From IMG/VR virus record IMGVR_UViG_3300030433_003509, positions 1 through 35,988 of that record: 35,988 bases of DNA; one strand, written 5' to 3'. Position numbers and translations under genes: made by a program. This DNA comes from a virus (lineage: Duplodnaviria; Caudoviricetes). This document shows, piece by piece, positions 33,424 through 35,988 of the stretch; within the stretch, counting starts at the first letter, position 1; every line of letters starts with the position of its first letter. Below the pieces are notes generated by a model, which was given only the letters and a program-made list of their open reading frames with translations, was not told where the DNA came from and ran no database searches.

Positions 33424-34542
33424 ATGAACCAGCTTGCCACCCAGGGCGAGACCGATGCCGGCGATGCGAAGGAGCCCGGACAGGCAATGGCCTTCAGCTT
33501 CGGCGATCCCGAAAGCGTGATCGATCGGCGCGAGCTGACCGAATATTTCGAGATCTGGCACAACGGGCGCTGGTACGAACCGCCGCTGCCGATGGATCGG
33601 CTGTGCCAGACGTTCAACATGGCCCCGCACCACCGCAGCGCGATCGCGCTGAAGATCAATCTGCTCACTAGCCTGCAGGAGCCGACCGATCAGCTGGCCA
33701 CCAACGATTTCGAGCGGTTCGCGCTCGACTTCCTGCAGATGGGCAACGGCTACCTCGAGCATGTGCCAAACATCCGGGGCGGGTTGGCCAGGGCGCGGCA
33801 TGCGCCAGCGCGCCATGTGCGGGCGCCGCGCGAGGCCGGCGGCTATTTCTTCGTCGGCGTGATCGGCGCGGGCGCGCCGCACCTGGGCGCGGACCTTATG
33901 GGCGAGCACCGTTTTGCAGAGGGCGCGATCTTCCACCTCCAGCAACCGGACGTGGCGCAGGAAATCTACGGCCTGCCCGAATGGTTATCTGCGCTGCAGT
34001 CCGGCTTGCTCAACGAAAACGCAACGCTGTTCCGCCGTCGCTACTACGTCAACGGCGCGCACGCGGGCTTCATCCTTTACGTGAGCGACCCCTTCGCGGA
34101 CCAGGAGACCGCCAACAAAATCGCCGAGAAAATGAAGTCGGCCAAGGGTGTGGGGAACTTCAAGAACATGTTCCTCTACATTCCGAACGGCAAGAAGGAC
34201 GGGGTGCAGGTGCTGCCGATCGCCGATGTCGCGGCGAAGGACGAATTCAGCGGGGTGAAGAACATCACCCGCGACGACATGCTGGCCGCGCATCGCGTGC
34301 CGCCTCAGCTGATCGGCATCGTCCCGACCAATTCGGGCGGCTTCGGCAAGGTGGGCGAGGCGCTCGACACGTTTTTCCAGATCGAGATCGTGCCGATCAT
34401 GCGCCGTATGCGGGCGATGAACACCTTCTTCGGCGGGGAGGTGCTGCGCTTTGGGAATTACAGCGCGAGCGATGGTTCTGAGATCACTCCGGATGGACGG
34501 CGGATCAGGGGTGGAGATAGCCCGGCAACCCCGGCCAGTTGA
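33424..34542 (+). CDS. Q: Portal protein (gpQ, PBSX family)
   Basis: AFSFGDPE, WYEPP, QEIYGLPEW, LNENATLFRRRYY.NGAHAG, HRVPPQL. Confidence 0.96.
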   Translation: MNQLATQGETDAGDAKEPGQAMAFSFGDPESVIDRRELTEYFEIWHNGRWYEPPLPMDRLCQTFNMAPHHRSAIALKINLLTSLQEPTDQLATNDFERFALDFLQMGNGYLEHVPNIRGGLARARHAPARHVRAPREAGGYFFVGVIGAGAPHLGADLMGEHRFAEGAIFHLQQPDVAQEIYGLPEWLSALQSGLLNENATLFRRRYYVNGAHAGFILYVSDPFADQETANKIAEKMKSAKGVGNFKNMFLYIPNGKKDGVQVLPIADVAAKDEFSGVKNITRDDMLAAHRVPPQLIGIVPTNSGGFGKVGEALDTFFQIEIVPIMRRMRAMNTFFGGEVLRFGNYSASDGSEITPDGRRIRGGDSPATPAS

Positions 34543-34619
34543 CGATCAACCACCACCAGAAGGCGAGAGCGAATAGCCAGGCCAGAACGTCGCTCGGTCG
34601 GGGGCGGCGGACCATCCTT

Positions 34620-34805
34620 CTAGGACAGCCGTTTCAGTGAGCCGTCAGGCAGTAGTTCGCGCAGGAAAGTGCCCGGACCCATCATCGCGCGTAGTTCATC
34701 GGCCATTGCAGCAATTGCCTTTGCTGTCTGGGTCGCGCGGATAGGTCGGCGCGTGCCCGGGATCTCGCGCTCGTCTTCGTCGACCAGGAATAGCGCTTGC
34801 TTCAT
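34620..34805 (-). CDS. Small hypothetical protein
   Basis: 61 aa, starts 3 nt after the SRAP stop. Confidence 0.55.
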   Translation of the reverse strand: MKQALFLVDEDEREIPGTRRPIRATQTAKAIAAMADELRAMMGPGTFLRELLPDGSLKRLS

Positions 34806-34808
34806 CCG

Positions 34809-35411
34809 TCAGCGCCTCACCCAAGGCTGGTCGGTGCGGTCGATCTGCAGTGGTCCCTGCCACGGCAGGCAGATCGAATGCGCCTGCTCGGGCGAGCCTC
34901 GCTCCCACACGTCGAACTGATCGGGCGTCAGGACGACGGGCATTCGATCATGCACGCTGGCCGCGTCGCCAGCGGCATCGACCATCACCATCGAGTAGCA
35001 ATCCCCCCATTCATCGCTGGTCCGCCAGATTGCGGCGACGGCGAAAGCTTCCACGTCCGGTAGCGACAGCCATGTTCGTGTCATCGCGCCGCGTGCCCCC
35101 TCGGCTTCGGCCCAAGCGGTAAGCGGGATAAGGCCGCGCCGGTGGCGAAAGCTGTCGCGCCACATGAAGCTGTCGAGCTTGTCGGAGCGGGCATTGTTCA
35201 CCGGGCGCGGCTTCAGCGGCTCGCCTGTGCGCTTGCTTTTCTGCGAGAGGGGAAACCCCCACACCATGGACCGGAGCTGGCCGTCGACGATCACCGCGCC
35301 GTTGTAGCCCGGGTAGACCTCATCCGCGAAGTTCGCGCCGGATGCCGCACCCGCATTGAACAGGCGCGCAATCTCGGCCTGCGCCTTCGTCATTCGATAG
35401 AGGTTGCACAT
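34809..35411 (-). CDS. SOS response-associated peptidase (SRAP/HMCES family)
   Basis: MCNLY (catalytic Cys2), NARSDKL, WAE, VHDRMPVVL; true start ATG 35411. Confidence 0.93.
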   Translation of the reverse strand: MCNLYRMTKAQAEIARLFNAGAASGANFADEVYPGYNGAVIVDGQLRSMVWGFPLSQKSKRTGEPLKPRPVNNARSDKLDSFMWRDSFRHRRGLIPLTAWAEAEGARGAMTRTWLSLPDVEAFAVAAIWRTSDEWGDCYSMVMVDAAGDAASVHDRMPVVLTPDQFDVWERGSPEQAHSICLPWQGPLQIDRTDQPWVRR

Positions 35412-35427
35412 AGGCGGCTTGCGATTT

Positions 35428-35442
35428 GTTCCATTTTCGTTC
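35428..35442. promoter_or_regulatory. Alphaproteobacterial LexA box
   Basis: Exact GTTC-CATTTTC-GTTC (GTTC-N7-GTTC) in the 42-bp gap between divergent SRAP and Zn-ribbon genes. Confidence 0.85.
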
Positions 35443-35453
35443 CAACCGCAAGC

Positions 35454-35684
35454 ATGGTCCGTCACAAGCTCGATTCGGTCAATGAGTTCGCGCGGCAAGG
35501 GTATCTCCTGCTGATCACGTGCGATCGCTGCCATCGGTCGATCACGCGCCACCCAACGCGAATGATGCTGGAGCTTCACCGGCTAGGATGCGGCTACCTG
35601 ATCGATCCTCTCGAACGCCGACTGCGCTGTAAGGTGTGCCGGTCGCGCGGTGCGACCATCATGCCAACCTACCCCGACGCCTGA
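35454..35684 (+). CDS. Small zinc-ribbon protein (76 aa)
   Basis: ITCDRCHR...LERRLRCKVCRSRG, two CxxC pairs; start MVRHKL. Confidence 0.7.
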   Translation: MVRHKLDSVNEFARQGYLLLITCDRCHRSITRHPTRMMLELHRLGCGYLIDPLERRLRCKVCRSRGATIMPTYPDA

Positions 35685-35732
35685 AGCCCCAGCTCCCTAG
35701 GGGGAGGCCAGTGCGCCAGACCCAGCGCGCCG

Positions 35733-35753
35733 CGCTCGCCCCCACGCCACGCC
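35733..35753 (-). other. cos-like packaging site
   Basis: Minus strand GGCGTGGCGTGGGGGCGAGCG resembles P2/186/phiCTX cos (GGCG(A/T)GGCGGGG..., from recollection) and lies downstream of portal, the P2 position. Confidence 0.65.
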
Positions 35754-35988
35754 TTCGGCTTATCCGAAGCGAATGATGCAATGCGACGGGCTGGGTGAAG
35801 AAGCTGGCGGGGCCACCAGATCGTGGACTGGCTGGCGGAATCGTGAGGCATTGAACTGCGCACGGGCTGCCTGTGTGGAGCCGTAACGAGCAGAACTGGG
35901 CCGATGCGGAATTATGCGCTCGAGAGCGCTTGGGTGGGAGCAAAAGCCCGCGTCGAGAAGCGACGGCTTAGACTGGCACGAACCTCGC

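Larger units (their letters stand above)
359..35988. mobile_element. P2-like prophage; left att in window, right end beyond window
   Basis: Contiguous P2-type genes Q,P,O,N,M,L,X,R,S,J,I,H,V,W,FI,FII,E/E',T,U,D plus ogr, cI/cro, alpA, a cos-like site and a tRNA-derived att core. Confidence 0.95.

Noticed and set aside
12674-35579. Extended N-termini in the ORF track (e.g. 13245..14309, 19073..20083, 22456..24522, 31373.., 32704.., ..35579)
   Set aside because: The extensions overlap neighbouring genes or promoters. Internal starts match family N-termini and translational coupling.
35760-35988. Short ORFs at the right edge as integrase or replication fragments
   Set aside because: No recognisable motifs; sequence beyond the window is needed

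Overview
This window is almost entirely one P2-like (Peduoviridae-type) temperate prophage in a high-GC alphaproteobacterium, probably a sphingomonad (GapR homologue, GTTC-N7-GTTC LexA box). From the left it contains the 5' end of host wrbA, a 16-bp tRNA-3'-end att core, an early operon (cro, cII-like, ogr, gapR-like, alpA) and cI. It then carries tail, baseplate, lysis and head genes in a rearranged order, followed by an SOS-boxed SRAP cassette and a cos-like site. No integrase or replication initiator is visible in the window. There are three cargo hotspots. (1) Between gpS and gpJ is a tightly coupled five-gene operon: Dam-like MTase, SPPY (m4C-type) MTase, SMC/Rad50-like ABC ATPase, a small unknown protein and a PD-(D/E)XK nuclease. 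This is a candidate undescribed methylation-linked ABC-ATPase anti-phage system. (2) Between cI and gpD are three stacked envelope-protein cassettes, including an Ltp-type lipoprotein, separated by diverged copies of the cI 3' end and the gpD 3' end. This is a tandem array of the same intergenic slot, apparently captured from different relatives. (3) Between portal and cos is the SRAP module. A 19-bp palindrome lies 48-49 bp upstream of three late operon starts and is a likely Ogr-type activator site. All protein calls come from motif recognition by eye; no database searches were run.
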